Source: Candidatus Woesebacteria bacterium (lineage in GTDB: Bacteria; Patescibacteriota; Microgenomatia; UBA1400; UBA1396). Taken from it: a stretch of DNA of 64,000 nt. This document shows positions 36,958 to 46,035 of the stretch, piece by piece. The notes beneath the pieces are model-generated. The model saw nothing but the letters and a program-made list of their open reading frames with translations. It ran no database searches and had not been told where the DNA came from. How positions within the stretch are numbered: the stretch's first letter is position 1; every line of letters starts with the position of its first letter. Where the stretch lies: positions 3,389-67,388 of the forward strand of contig CAVVNJ010000008.1 of assembly GCA_963749595.1 (NCBI GenBank). Direction: 5' to 3'. A program made the position numbers and the translations under genes.

Positions 36958-37599
36958 CTATTTTTTCTTCCCGCCCCTCTTAACCCAACTTCTCATGTTT
37001 TGAATCAACTCTGGAATCGACATTTTATCAATCTCTCCCTTACTATAGCCTTCTTTTTCATAGAGGTCCGAATAAAAAATGGCATAAGAGTCCCAGGCGA
37101 TTCGATAATGGATTTTGGCGGCTTTAGGCTCGATAGATACTAGCCAATCTCGGACAATCCGGACCAATTTCTTTGGATCGTTGTTGTGTCTCTCCGGATC
37201 ACAACCAGCAAAATCGGATAGGGCTTTTGATGCGACTCCGTATCTAGACTCGAGCACTAAAAACTTTTTTCTCTTCTCGATAAAATGCCTATATCCCCAA
37301 TCAATTCCGAGTTCGAATGGCATATTAAGTCGGAAGTATTCATTTTTCCTCTTCGACCTGACTCGAGAAAGGTCATGAATGCTATATCTGGTACTTGTAA
37401 TTAGTTTTAATATTTTGGCAATTCGGACATCACCCGAATCTGTTTTCTCTGAGGATATCCGTGGGTTGAAACCATAGAGGAGGATGGTAAACAGCAGAGG
37501 ATAAAGCAAGGTTCTGTATTTCGAATCGAATGGGCAATTGATAAAAATGGATCGAGAGCTATCGGTCTCTCGCTTGTTTCCAGGCACTAATGGTCCCAT
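36958..37599 (-). CDS. hypothetical protein, possibly TIR-like / nucleoside 2-deoxyribosyltransferase-like fold (tentative)
   Basis: About 32% GC. IFINCPFDSKY...GFNP...IHDLS...FRLNMPFELG...SDFAGCD resembles the beta-alpha pattern of TIR-like domains. The start is uncertain (37599 or 37632) and overlaps the upstream ORF. Confidence 0.4.
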   Translation of the reverse strand: MGPLVPGNKRETDSSRSIFINCPFDSKYRTLLYPLLFTILLYGFNPRISSEKTDSGDVRIAKILKLITSTRYSIHDLSRVRSKRKNEYFRLNMPFELGIDWGYRHFIEKRKKFLVLESRYGVASKALSDFAGCDPERHNNDPKKLVRIVRDWLVSIEPKAAKIHYRIAWDSYAIFYSDLYEKEGYSKGEIDKMSIPELIQNMRSWVKRGGKKK

Positions 37600-37759
37600 C
37601 TGCTTTATGAAAAACGATGTCCGAATGATCATTAAATTGTTTTACGAAGTTATTTGCGCCGCGCGATGTTTCAAAGACCCGCGTAGCCTTAGAGGCACCT
37701 TCTCTTCTAACGGCCCATTGATTGCCCCGATTGATCACGTGGTAACGATCTTGACTCAT
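37559..37759 (-). CDS. DUF2188-like small protein
   Basis: YHVINRGNQWAVRREGASKATRVFETSRGANNFVKQF...IVFHKADGTI fits the DUF2188 pattern as recalled. Confidence 0.55.
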   Translation of the reverse strand: MSQDRYHVINRGNQWAVRREGASKATRVFETSRGANNFVKQFNDHSDIVFHKADGTISAWKQARDR

Positions 37760-37804
37760 TTGAACAAATATATCACAAGTTGCGTCAATTCCTTTTCTGG
37801 AGAG

Positions 37805-37878
37805 TGTCAGAGGTGGGAGTTGGACCCACGACCTGCGGTTTATGAATCCGCCGCTCTAACCAACTGAGCTACTCTGAC
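37805..37878 (-). tRNA. tRNA-Met or tRNA-Ile2 (anticodon CAT), elongator type
   Basis: Minus-strand cloverleaf: GTCAGAG acceptor, GCTC-AGTTGGTTA-GAGC D arm, anticodon loop TTCATAA, T arm GTGGG-TCCAACT-CCCAC. The T loop has C where U55 is expected, and A31/A39 is a mismatch. Confidence 0.8.
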
Positions 37879-37918
37879 AATAGGGATATATTATAACAGT
37901 TGGATGTTAGAATGACCC

Positions 37919-39112
37919 ATGGCAGCCGAGAAAACCCTAAAACTAGTTTGGCGCAGTTACAGCTTCGCCTTTTTGCGTGGTTTTTCTTTTTTTTCGGCCG
38001 TTTTAGTGCCTTTTTTCACCGATTGGGGTGGCATCTCGCTTACTCAAGCCCAACTCCTTCAATCCTGGTTTATGCTCTGGATCTTTTTGCTGGAGGTGCC
38101 AACCGGAGCCGTGGCCGATTTTTTGGGCCGGAAACATTCCCTCACTTTGGGGGCTATCGTGGCCACCCTCGGTCCCCTGATTTATGGTAGTTTTCCCCGT
38201 TTTGAATTTTTTCTAATCGGTGAATTTTTGTTTGCGTTGGGATGGGCACTCAGTTCCGGAGCCGATAGCGCCCTGCTTTACGACACGCTGAAAGAAGCGG
38301 GTCAAGAAGAGAAGAGCAAGCAGATTTTTGGCCGGGTCCACACTTTTCACTTACTGGGCATCTTTTTGGCCGCGCCAATCGGTGGTTGGCTGGCCGGACG
38401 ATTTGGGCTAAACGTACCGATGCTGCTGACCGCCGTGCCTAATCTGATCGCGATCTTCATTGCTTGGGGAATGCACGAGCCCAAGATTCAAGATCAAACC
38501 TCGGAAAGTAAGCGCTATCTGGTGATTGCTCGCCAAGGACTTAGTTACTTCCGGCATCACCGGGTCTTGCGCCGCTTGGCTTTGGACGCAATTTTAGTTG
38601 CTTCAGCCGCCTATTTTGTAATCTGGCTTTATCAACCGCTGCTGAGTCGCTTAAACGTTTCGGTGGCCTATTTCGGTTGGTTCCACGCTCTGCTTGTGGC
38701 GGTAGAGATGTTGATCGCCAGCAACTTTGAGTTTCTGGAAAAATTATTTGGTTCGGAAAAAGCCTATTTGCGTTTTAGCGCCGTCATTACTAGCGTGGCC
38801 TTTTTAATTGCCGCGGCGGTCCCAAATCTGATCACTGCCGTGGCTTTTATCGTACTGGCGGGCGGATTTGGTTTAACCAGGATCGAGTTGATGTCGGCCT
38901 ATATGAATCGCCTGATTCCCTCCGGACAAAGAGCGACAATCTTGTCCTCAGTTTCAATGTTCCGGCGGTTGGCGCTGGTGTTCCTCAATCCGCTGATCGG
39001 TTTTACGGCGGATAATTCGTTGCGTTTGGCGATGGTGACGGCTGGCGTGCTACCGCTGTTGGTGTTTCTTTTTTCGCCAATCGAGCAGGAATTATTCGAG
39101 ACTAATGAATAA
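37919..39112 (+). CDS. MFS transporter
   Basis: 397 aa with 12 hydrophobic segments. Loop 2-3 motif [10 protein letters not shown]. Confidence 0.8.
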   Translation: MAAEKTLKLVWRSYSFAFLRGFSFFSAVLVPFFTDWGGISLTQAQLLQSWFMLWIFLLEVPTGAVADFLGRKHSLTLGAIVATLGPLIYGSFPRFEFFLIGEFLFALGWALSSGADSALLYDTLKEAGQEEKSKQIFGRVHTFHLLGIFLAAPIGGWLAGRFGLNVPMLLTAVPNLIAIFIAWGMHEPKIQDQTSESKRYLVIARQGLSYFRHHRVLRRLALDAILVASAAYFVIWLYQPLLSRLNVSVAYFGWFHALLVAVEMLIASNFEFLEKLFGSEKAYLRFSAVITSVAFLIAAAVPNLITAVAFIVLAGGFGLTRIELMSAYMNRLIPSGQRATILSSVSMFRRLALVFLNPLIGFTADNSLRLAMVTAGVLPLLVFLFSPIEQELFETNE

Positions 39113-39186
39113 AGAGTGCTATAATACCCGCCAGAAACAACTTTACCGCTCGGCACAAAGCTGGACGGCTAAGGGAGGATACAACT

Positions 39187-39456
39187 ATGGCTCTCGATCC
39201 ACAGATCAAAGCCCAAATCATTAAAGATTTCTCGCAAGGCGAAGGCGACACCGGTTCCCCGGAGGTCCAGGTTGCCCTGTTAACTAACCAAATCACCTCG
39301 TTGACCGGTCACTTGAAGACTCACAAAAAGGATAACCACTCCCGCCGCGGTTTGCTCAAGATGGTGGCCAAGCGCCGCCGCTTGTTGAACTTCCTGCTCC
39401 GTAAAGACGAAGCTCGCTATAAGAAGCTGATTGAGCGTCTGGGCCTGAACAAGTAA
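39187..39456 (+). CDS. rpsO: 30S ribosomal protein S15
   Basis: [52 protein letters not shown] promoter lies at 39115-39123. Confidence 0.95.
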   Translation: MALDPQIKAQIIKDFSQGEGDTGSPEVQVALLTNQITSLTGHLKTHKKDNHSRRGLLKMVAKRRRLLNFLLRKDEARYKKLIERLGLNK

Positions 39457-39468
39457 CCCTGCTACAAT

Positions 39469-39520
39469 GTAAAAAGCGTAAGAGGATTTTCCCCAGAGGG
39501 GATAATCCTCGCTACAAAAG
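39469..39520 (+). promoter_or_regulatory. conserved 52-nt hairpin element, copy 2 (rpsO-pnp intergenic)
   Basis: GTAAAAAGCGTAAGAGGATTTTCCCCAGAGGGGATAATCCTCGCTACAAAAG. It starts immediately after TGCTACAAT (-10 at 39463-39468). Two base pairs covary relative to copy 1. Confidence 0.6.
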
Positions 39521-39638
39521 TATGGGGAAAAACCCCAAAAATATGAAAGGAAGGGCAACGGAGTCCCCGAGTTTTCACAGCTGCTCTCGCTAACGTGGGC
39601 AAGTGCGAGAACTTGCGTTCCGTTCCCTTAAAACAGAT

Positions 39639-41895
39639 ATGTCTAATATCTATACCCGAACCGTAATGGTGGGCGACAAGTCCATCAAGCTGGAGGTCGG
39701 GAGATTTTCCGAACAAGCCGAAGCGGCGGTTCTGGCAACTTGCGGCGGCACGGTCGTGCACGCCACTATCGGGTTGGGTGGTGAGTCCAGCCTGGATTAC
39801 TTCCCGTTGTCGGTCGACTACGCGGAAAAACTTTATGCTGGTGGCCGGATCAAGGGCAGCCGTTGGGTTAAGCGTGAAGGCCGTCCCACTGATGGGGCGA
39901 TTTTGGCCGGACGCGTGATTGACCGTTCCATCCGTCCCTTATTTGCGGAAGGCCTGAAGCGCGAAGTCCAGGTCATCACCACTATTCTTTCGGTTGATCA
40001 CCAAAATAATCCGGATATGTTGGCCCTTTTGGCTACCGCAGCGGCCATCGAGATTTCCTCGATTCCTTTTGACGGTCCGTTGGCCGGACTGCGTGTTGGT
40101 TACTTCGCGGACGAAGACCGCTTTGTTTTTAACCCCACCTTTGAAGAGCAGGATAAGTCTCAACTCGACCTAATCCTGGCCGGTACTAAAGACGCCGTCG
40201 TGATGGTTGAAGCCGGCGCGAACGAAGTGACCGAAGCCGTGATGCTCCGGGCATTTGCGGAAGGTCATCAAGTAATTGCTCAGCTGGCTGATGAAATCGT
40301 CCAAATGCGCAACGAGATCGGCAAGCCCAAATTCGAGTTTAATCCTCCGCAATTTGATCAAACCCTGATGGAAACTCTGGCTTCCCGCTTTGCTGCGGAA
40401 ATCAAGGAAGCCGTTCATTTGCGCGCCACCTTGGCCAAAGACGACGGACTCAAGGCGATCATTGCGACTTTGATCGCTGAAGACGAAACGCTCCGTTTGC
40501 AACCGTTGGGCGAAATGCTCAACAAACTGGTCAAAAAGGAAGCCCGCCGCGGCACCCTGGAAGAGGGAATCCGTCCCGACGGCCGCAAGACCGACGAAAT
40601 CCGGGAAATCACCTGCGAAATTGACGTTTTGCCGATGACTCACGGTTCAGCCGTGTTCAAGCGCGGTTCAACTCAAGTTTTGAGCGTTACCACGTTGGCG
40701 TCCCCGGCTTTGGCCCAGTTGATTGAGGACATGGAAGGCGAACACGAACGCCGCTATATCCACCACTACAACATGCCGCCTTACGCCTCTGGTGAAGCTG
40801 GTCGGTTCGGCGCTCCTAAGCGTCGTGAAATTGGCCACGGTGCTTTGGCTGAGCGCGCTTTGCTCCCGGTTATTCCGGAGCAGGAGAAGTTCCCCTATAC
40901 CATTCAGGTGGTTTCGGAGGTCATGAGCTCTAATGGTTCGACTTCCCAGGGTTCGGTTTGTGGCAGCACCTTGGCCTTGATGGCCGCTGGTGTTCCGATT
41001 CGTAAGCCGGTGTCAGGTATCGCCATGGGATTGCTTAAACAGGGTGATCAGCACGTGGTCCTGTCCGACATTCAGGGTTTGGAAGATTTTACCGGCGACA
41101 TGGATTTCAAGGTGGCCGGTACTAAAGATGGTATTACCGCCATGCAGATGGATATCAAGATTAAGGGTATTCCGATGGAAGTGATGACCCAGGCGCTAGA
41201 ACAAGCCCGGGTTGGCCGTCTCTTCATTATGGATAAAATGTTGGCCGCCATTGCCGAGCCTCGTCCGGAATTATCGCCCGTACGCCCCCAAGGTGGAAAG
41301 CGTCATGATTCCGGTTAGTCGGATTGGTGAGCTGATTGGTCCTGGTGGCAAAACCATCAAGGCCATCAAGGAACGGACTGGTGCCGATATTGATGTCGAA
41401 GACAGCGGTATGGTCAGTGTCAGTGCAGTCGACATAGCGGCCATTAAGGAAGCGGTCAAGATTATTCAAGACATGATGCTGGAGATCGTGCCCGGCATGG
41501 AGTTTGACGGCCGCGTGGTCCGGATTGAAGATTACGGTGCTTTCGTAGAATTGGTGCCTGGACAAACTGGACTGGCCCACGTTTCGATGATGGCTCCCGG
41601 CTATGTCAAGGACCCGCGTGAAATTGTTAATCTGGACGATATTGTGCACGTTCGCGTTGCCGACGTTGAAGGTGACCGAATCCGTCTGAGCTTCTTAACC
41701 GCCGAACAAGAGGCCGAGGCGGCCGCCAACCGACCCCCGCGCGAACCCCGTGAAGGGGGAGATCGCCGAGGTGGTGGTGGCAGATTCGGTGGTCGGGATG
41801 ATCGCGGCGGTGATCGCGGCGGACGCAGTTTTGGCGGCCGCGGTGGTGATCGAGGCGGCGACCGAGGCGGTGACCGCGGTGGTCGGCGCTTCTAA
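39639..41895 (+). CDS. pnp: polyribonucleotide nucleotidyltransferase (PNPase); frame broken by an apparent 1-nt insertion near 41277-41281; C-terminal RGG-type tail
   Basis: Two RNase PH domains end in ...AIAEPRPELSP in frame 3. The expected continuation YAPKVESVMIPVSRIGELIGPGGKTIK (KH) and the S1 domain read in frame 1. The overlap region is 41212-41318. Confidence 0.85.
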
Positions 41896-42662
41896 CGGGT
41901 AAATCCGGTCGGGATAAATACGCGTTCGGCTAATTGTCGGGTGTAGGATGGCAGTACCGCACGTCGTTCCGTCAGCGATTCCAGATAGAGACCATGAAAA
42001 TAGGCCGCCCGATCTTCTTGACCGATTTGTCGCGCCTGTTTCGATAATAGACGAAGGGCATGTCTGGCGGCGGTCACTTCCGTCAGCATATAGTTGTATG
42101 ATTCCGGATCATATTCCCCTGATTTGTCGCTGATGTGTGATTTGTAATTATCTCGCCAATAGTATTGACGGTTTTCATTCTTGGACCTCAGGAACACTTG
42201 GGCGTGGTTTAGTTCCTCAATGATTAGCCAGCTGATGATTTCCCGTTCAGAGTTCAGTGCGGCCAGCAATTCTCCGTCAGGACTTCTTTTTGTTTCGGCC
42301 CAGCGGTTGTTTGTTCCGGTGCCACCCCAAGTTGTTTGGTGATAAAAGAGTTCACGCGACCGGTTCAGCACGACGTGGCAGCATCGGTATTTCCCCCGGG
42401 TATTCAATTCAGGCAGACAATAAGCGTGACAGAGAAATGGCTGACCACTAACCTTTAAGCACAAATGATCGGCCAGATGGATGCGGATTTTTGTGGCTTC
42501 AGTCGCCGAAATACCGAGTGCAAGAGCCTGTTTGGTGATGAGTTCCGAGAGATCTTCTGGCTTAAAACTCCCGAACGTTAAGGGTTCGGCGCTCCAATGG
42601 TAGGAGATCTGTAGATCTTGTTTTGTGGCTAGCTCGTTTTCTTTTTGATGTAAGTTGCGCAT
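41892..42662 (-). CDS. hypothetical protein, paralog A (256 aa)
   Basis: Shares SY-W-EPL-F, LNRS-ELF, WL-IEELNHAQ, LRLL, EDR-YF-LY and LAE-VFIPT blocks with the adjacent gene. Confidence 0.6.
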   Translation of the reverse strand: MRNLHQKENELATKQDLQISYHWSAEPLTFGSFKPEDLSELITKQALALGISATEATKIRIHLADHLCLKVSGQPFLCHAYCLPELNTRGKYRCCHVVLNRSRELFYHQTTWGGTGTNNRWAETKRSPDGELLAALNSEREIISWLIIEELNHAQVFLRSKNENRQYYWRDNYKSHISDKSGEYDPESYNYMLTEVTAARHALRLLSKQARQIGQEDRAAYFHGLYLESLTERRAVLPSYTRQLAERVFIPTGFTR

Positions 42663-42668
42663 TGGAGT

Positions 42669-43379
42669 CTACCGTGCAGAGCTTAAGGTCGATCGAGTGG
42701 GAATAAACACCTGCTCGGCCAAGGTATCGGAAACTACCGGAATGACGGCTTGCTGTTGTTGGAATGACTGCTGATATAACTGTCGAAAATAGCTTTTCCG
42801 ATCTTCTTGGTGCGTTAGTTCAGCCAATAGGCGGAGAACGTTCCAAGAGCCGACTACTTCAACTAGGTCAAAATTGGCTGATCTGTCCGGTTTATATCCC
42901 TTTTCGATCAGGTCCTGCCGAAATTCCCTTTGCAGGAGCTGAAGATCCACAATATTTCCAATACTGAGGTCGATTTGGGCGTGATTAAGCTCTTCGATGA
43001 GTAACCAGTGCAAGACCTCCCATGGTGACCGAAGATTGGCGAAGATTGGTTTGGCGGTGTCCGATTCTTGCCTGGCCGATTCTGAACCGCGTCGAAATAG
43101 TTCCAACGAGCGATTTAGGATAATGGTGCAGTGAACAATTTGGCCGGATTCGTCCCAAAATGGTTCACAGCGCGCGATGCGGTCGCCATCCCGATCCATC
43201 AAGAGTAAATTGATCTGCGTAGCCTGTTCAGTCGTGACGCCCAATTTTCCACCGACAATACGAGCTCGTTCTTCGACTTCGTCGGGATCATAACCACAAA
43301 AAATTAACGGCTCTTCCCAGTTGTAGGAAGCCTTGATCGGGTGGCCGGGATCTGGTTCGCCTTCTTTTCGGTTTCTCAC
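42669..43379 (-). CDS. hypothetical protein, paralog B (236 aa)
   Basis: Collinear similarity to 41892..42662 along its whole length. Confidence 0.6.
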   Translation of the reverse strand: MRNRKEGEPDPGHPIKASYNWEEPLIFCGYDPDEVEERARIVGGKLGVTTEQATQINLLLMDRDGDRIARCEPFWDESGQIVHCTIILNRSLELFRRGSESARQESDTAKPIFANLRSPWEVLHWLLIEELNHAQIDLSIGNIVDLQLLQREFRQDLIEKGYKPDRSANFDLVEVVGSWNVLRLLAELTHQEDRKSYFRQLYQQSFQQQQAVIPVVSDTLAEQVFIPTRSTLSSAR

Positions 43380-43398
43380 GGGAAATATTGTACCATCC

Positions 43399-43446
43399 GG
43401 AAGGTCTGACCTTCACGAAAATCACCTCTGGAAGGTCAGACCTTCC
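43399..43446. repeat. twin palindrome, locus c
   Basis: GGAAGGTCTGACCTTC and GGAAGGTCAGACCTTCC with centres 31 bp apart. Confidence 0.85.
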
Positions 43447-43464
43447 GCAGTGTACGATAAGAAT

Positions 43465-44584
43465 ATGGCTGATCTGCCCCAAAACGAGCCGGCTCAAGTA
43501 CAGCCAGACCACGGTGCAGGTTCCGTTGGACTCCCTGATCCAGGAGGAAGTCAACCGAGCTTCGTTCGCAGATCGAACGGTCCAAATTGCCGGCTGATCT
43601 TAAATTTAAGATCGAGCGGATGATGCGCCATCTGGAACGCGCGGCGCGACTCCAGGCCTACTCAGAGGAGTTCGAGCGGGTTTCCAAGTACATTGAGTGG
43701 TGTTCGCACAGGTACCTTGGGATACCGTCACCGAGGACGTGCTGGACATTGATAATGCCAAAAAGATTTTGGATTCACATCATTACGGCATGCGGGAAAT
43801 TAAGGACCGTATTCTGGAGTATGTGGCGATCTTGAATTTTCAGCACCGGCAACGTCCGGAAGATCGCAGCGCGATTCGCGCGCCGATCCTCCTGATGGTG
43901 GGCTTGGTTGGTACCGGTAAAACGACTTTTGCTTATTCGATTGCCGAGGCCTTAGGGCGCAAGATGGTGCGGATTCCTTTTGGCGGCATGGGCTCGGCTC
44001 GGGATTTGCGCGGCGAATCGCGCCTGCACTTGGAGGCTGAACCAGGCCTGGTGGTCAAAGGCTTGGTCCAGGCTGGAACCCGGAATCCAGTCATGCTGCT
44101 TGATGAAATCGATCGCGTGGCGGGAGAAACGCGCATGGATATCATGGGCGTGCTGGTCGAGTTGCTCGATCCTTCGCAGAATAACCGCTTTACCGATCAC
44201 TACTTGGATTATCCAGTCGACTTGTCGCAAGTGCTGTTCATTGCTACCGGCAACAACACTCGGGATATCGCGACGGCGGTCTACGACCGTATGGAGCATC
44301 TGGACATGCCCTCCTACACCGACGAGGAGAAAATTCGGATCGCTAAGGACTACACCATGCCCAAATTGCTGGCGGAATCCGGAATGCCGAAAGAGGCGAT
44401 TGTCATCTCTGAGGACATCTGGATTCGGATGGTGCGTCCGTTAGGTTTTGATGCCGGTATCCGCACGCTGGAGCGGACGCTGAAAAACGTCGTTTCCAAA
44501 TCGGCACGCCTGATGGTGGAGCGAAATATTCCCCAGGTGGTGATCACCCAAGAGAACGTCAAATATTTTGTGCCGGTCTATTAA
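43465..44584 (+). pseudogene. Lon-like AAA+ ATPase remnant (no N-domain, no protease domain, at least 2 frameshifts)
   Basis: The Lon-collinear sequence ...LPADLKFKIERMMRHLERAARLQAYSEEFERVSKYIEW / VFAQVPWDTV...HHYGMREIKDRILEYVAIL...GLVGTGKTT is spread over three frames, with switches near 43585 and 43700. It ends where the protease domain should begin. Confidence 0.75.
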
Positions 44585-44585
44585 C

Positions 44586-45285
44586 ATGATCTCGATCGTC
44601 ATACCGGCTTACAACGAAGAAAAAGTTATTGCTCAGACTTTGGCGGCGGTGGCCGAGCTCTGTTCGCCCGAGCCTTGGGAAGTAATTATAGTGGACAATG
44701 CCTCGACCGATCGCACGGTGGAGTTGGCCAAGCGCTGGGAAGACAAAATGGCGCTGCGGATTGTGCGGGAATCAAAGAAAGTCGGGGTGCGGCGCGGGCT
44801 AAGGGTTTCGCCGAAGCGCGCGGGCGGATCATTTTATCAACCGATGCGGACACTCAAGCCACCGCCGGACTGGATCGAGAAGATGCTCATACCGTTTGCG
44901 GGCGTCGGATGTGGTGGCGGCAGTTTGCCAACCCTACATTGACGACGGCAGTTGGCTGCACCAACTTTATTTTCAACAACTTCGGTTATCTTTACTTTTT
45001 GGTCTATCGATTATTCTGGCGCAGAATAATCCCCTGGTCGGATTTGGTTTTGCCGTGCGCCGGGATAGCTATCACCAGGCGGGCGGTTTTAATACCCGGT
45101 TGCGGGCGGAGGAGGATCTTGATTTGGGGTTGCGACTGGCCAAGCTGAGGCAGAATTTCTTTTGTGCCGGACGTGCGGGTTCATACTTCCGGTCGCCGGT
45201 GGCAAAATGGGGTTTTGTCCGGAATGTGGCCGTACGTGAAAACCAGCTATCGTGCGCCTTCGCCAACAGCATGAGCTGGATTTAG
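44586..45285 (+). pseudogene. glycosyltransferase family 2 pseudogene (at least 4 frameshifts)
   Basis: Conserved GT2 segments read in alternating frames: ISIVIPAYNEE...IIVDNASTDRT; GAARAKGFAEARGRIILSTDADTQA; PPDWIEKMLIPFA; VVAAVCQPYIDDGSW...FAVRRDSYHQAGGFN...EEDLDLGLRL; GRISFVPDVRVHTSGRRWQ. Confidence 0.75.
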
Positions 45286-45310
45286 ATGACGTGCGCTGAG
45301 GTTCTTGCCT

Positions 45311-45358
45311 GGAGGGTTTGACCCTCCAGGGGTGAGTTCGCGGAGGGTTAGACCCTGG
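45311..45358. repeat. twin palindrome, locus d (variant GGAGGGT..ACCCTCC)
   Basis: GGAGGGTTTGACCCTCC and GGAGGGTTAGACCCTGG with centres 31 bp apart. Both arms changed together relative to loci a-c. Confidence 0.75.
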
Positions 45359-45375
45359 CCTGGTACAATGGGACC

Positions 45376-45971
45376 GTGGATAAGATCGACGCGTCACCAA
45401 GCGATTCTAGAAAGAAATGGAAAGCCACTGCGCGGCATTGCCATTGTGTCAACCAGCCAACCGACGTGGTGATCGGCCACGGCAACCTGGACGCGGAAAT
45501 CATGTTTATCGGCGAGGCACCCGGCGAGAACGAAGCCATCCAGCGCGTGCCGTTCGTCGGGCGGGCGGGCCAGTTGCTCAATAAAACCTTGGCCGAAATC
45601 GGTATCCCGCGGGAAGAAGTCTACGTCTCCAATATCGTCAAGGCCCGCCCGCCCGGCAATCGCGACCCCTTGCCGGACGAAATCGCCGCTTATTTGCCCT
45701 ATCTGCTCGAAGAAATCGAGTTGATCCAACCGCAAACTTTTTGTTTCGCTCGGCCGTTTTGCCCTCAATTTTTTCCTGCCCGACGTCAAAATTAGCGCGG
45801 TCCATGGCGTTCTCCAGCGGTTCTGGTGGCAGGGTCATATTACTTATCTTTTGCCTCAATACCATCCGGCGGCCGCCCTGCGCGGCAACAGCCATGATGG
45901 CCGCTTTCCGGGCCGACATGGCCAAACTACCCAAGGCGGTTGACTTACGTCCGGAAGCAAGCGGCCAGTGA
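45376..45971 (+). pseudogene. uracil-DNA glycosylase family 4 pseudogene (at least 2 frameshifts)
   Basis: GHGNLDAEIMFIGEAPGENE...PFVGRAGQLL...VKARPPGNRDP reads in frame 1. The continuation LGRFALNFFLPDVKISAVHG...YHPAAALR reads in frame 2. The C-terminal AMMAAFRADMAKLPKAV reads in frame 3. Confidence 0.7.
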
Positions 45972-46035
45972 CGAAGAAGTAGAGAATATAAAAAATGCGT
46001 TGCTGTAATATGAAGTCAGGCAACTAAAGGAGTTT

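Noticed and set aside
39124-39186. S15 autoregulatory leader structure upstream of rpsO
   Set aside because: Only a short CCAG/CTGG pairing is visible. S15 operators are structurally diverse, and I cannot support a specific fold without comparative data.
41737-41895. GGYGGYGAYCGN tandem nucleotide repeat as a non-coding microsatellite
   Set aside because: It lies in frame at the 3' end of pnp and encodes a coherent RGG/GDRGG peptide repeat, so it is explained as coding low complexity. It is reported as a protein feature instead.
21186-45358. Twin palindromes as a CRISPR array or degenerate CRISPR repeats
   Set aside because: There are only two copies per locus. The loci are dispersed over 24 kb. 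The 15-nt 'spacers' are too short. No cas genes are present in the window.
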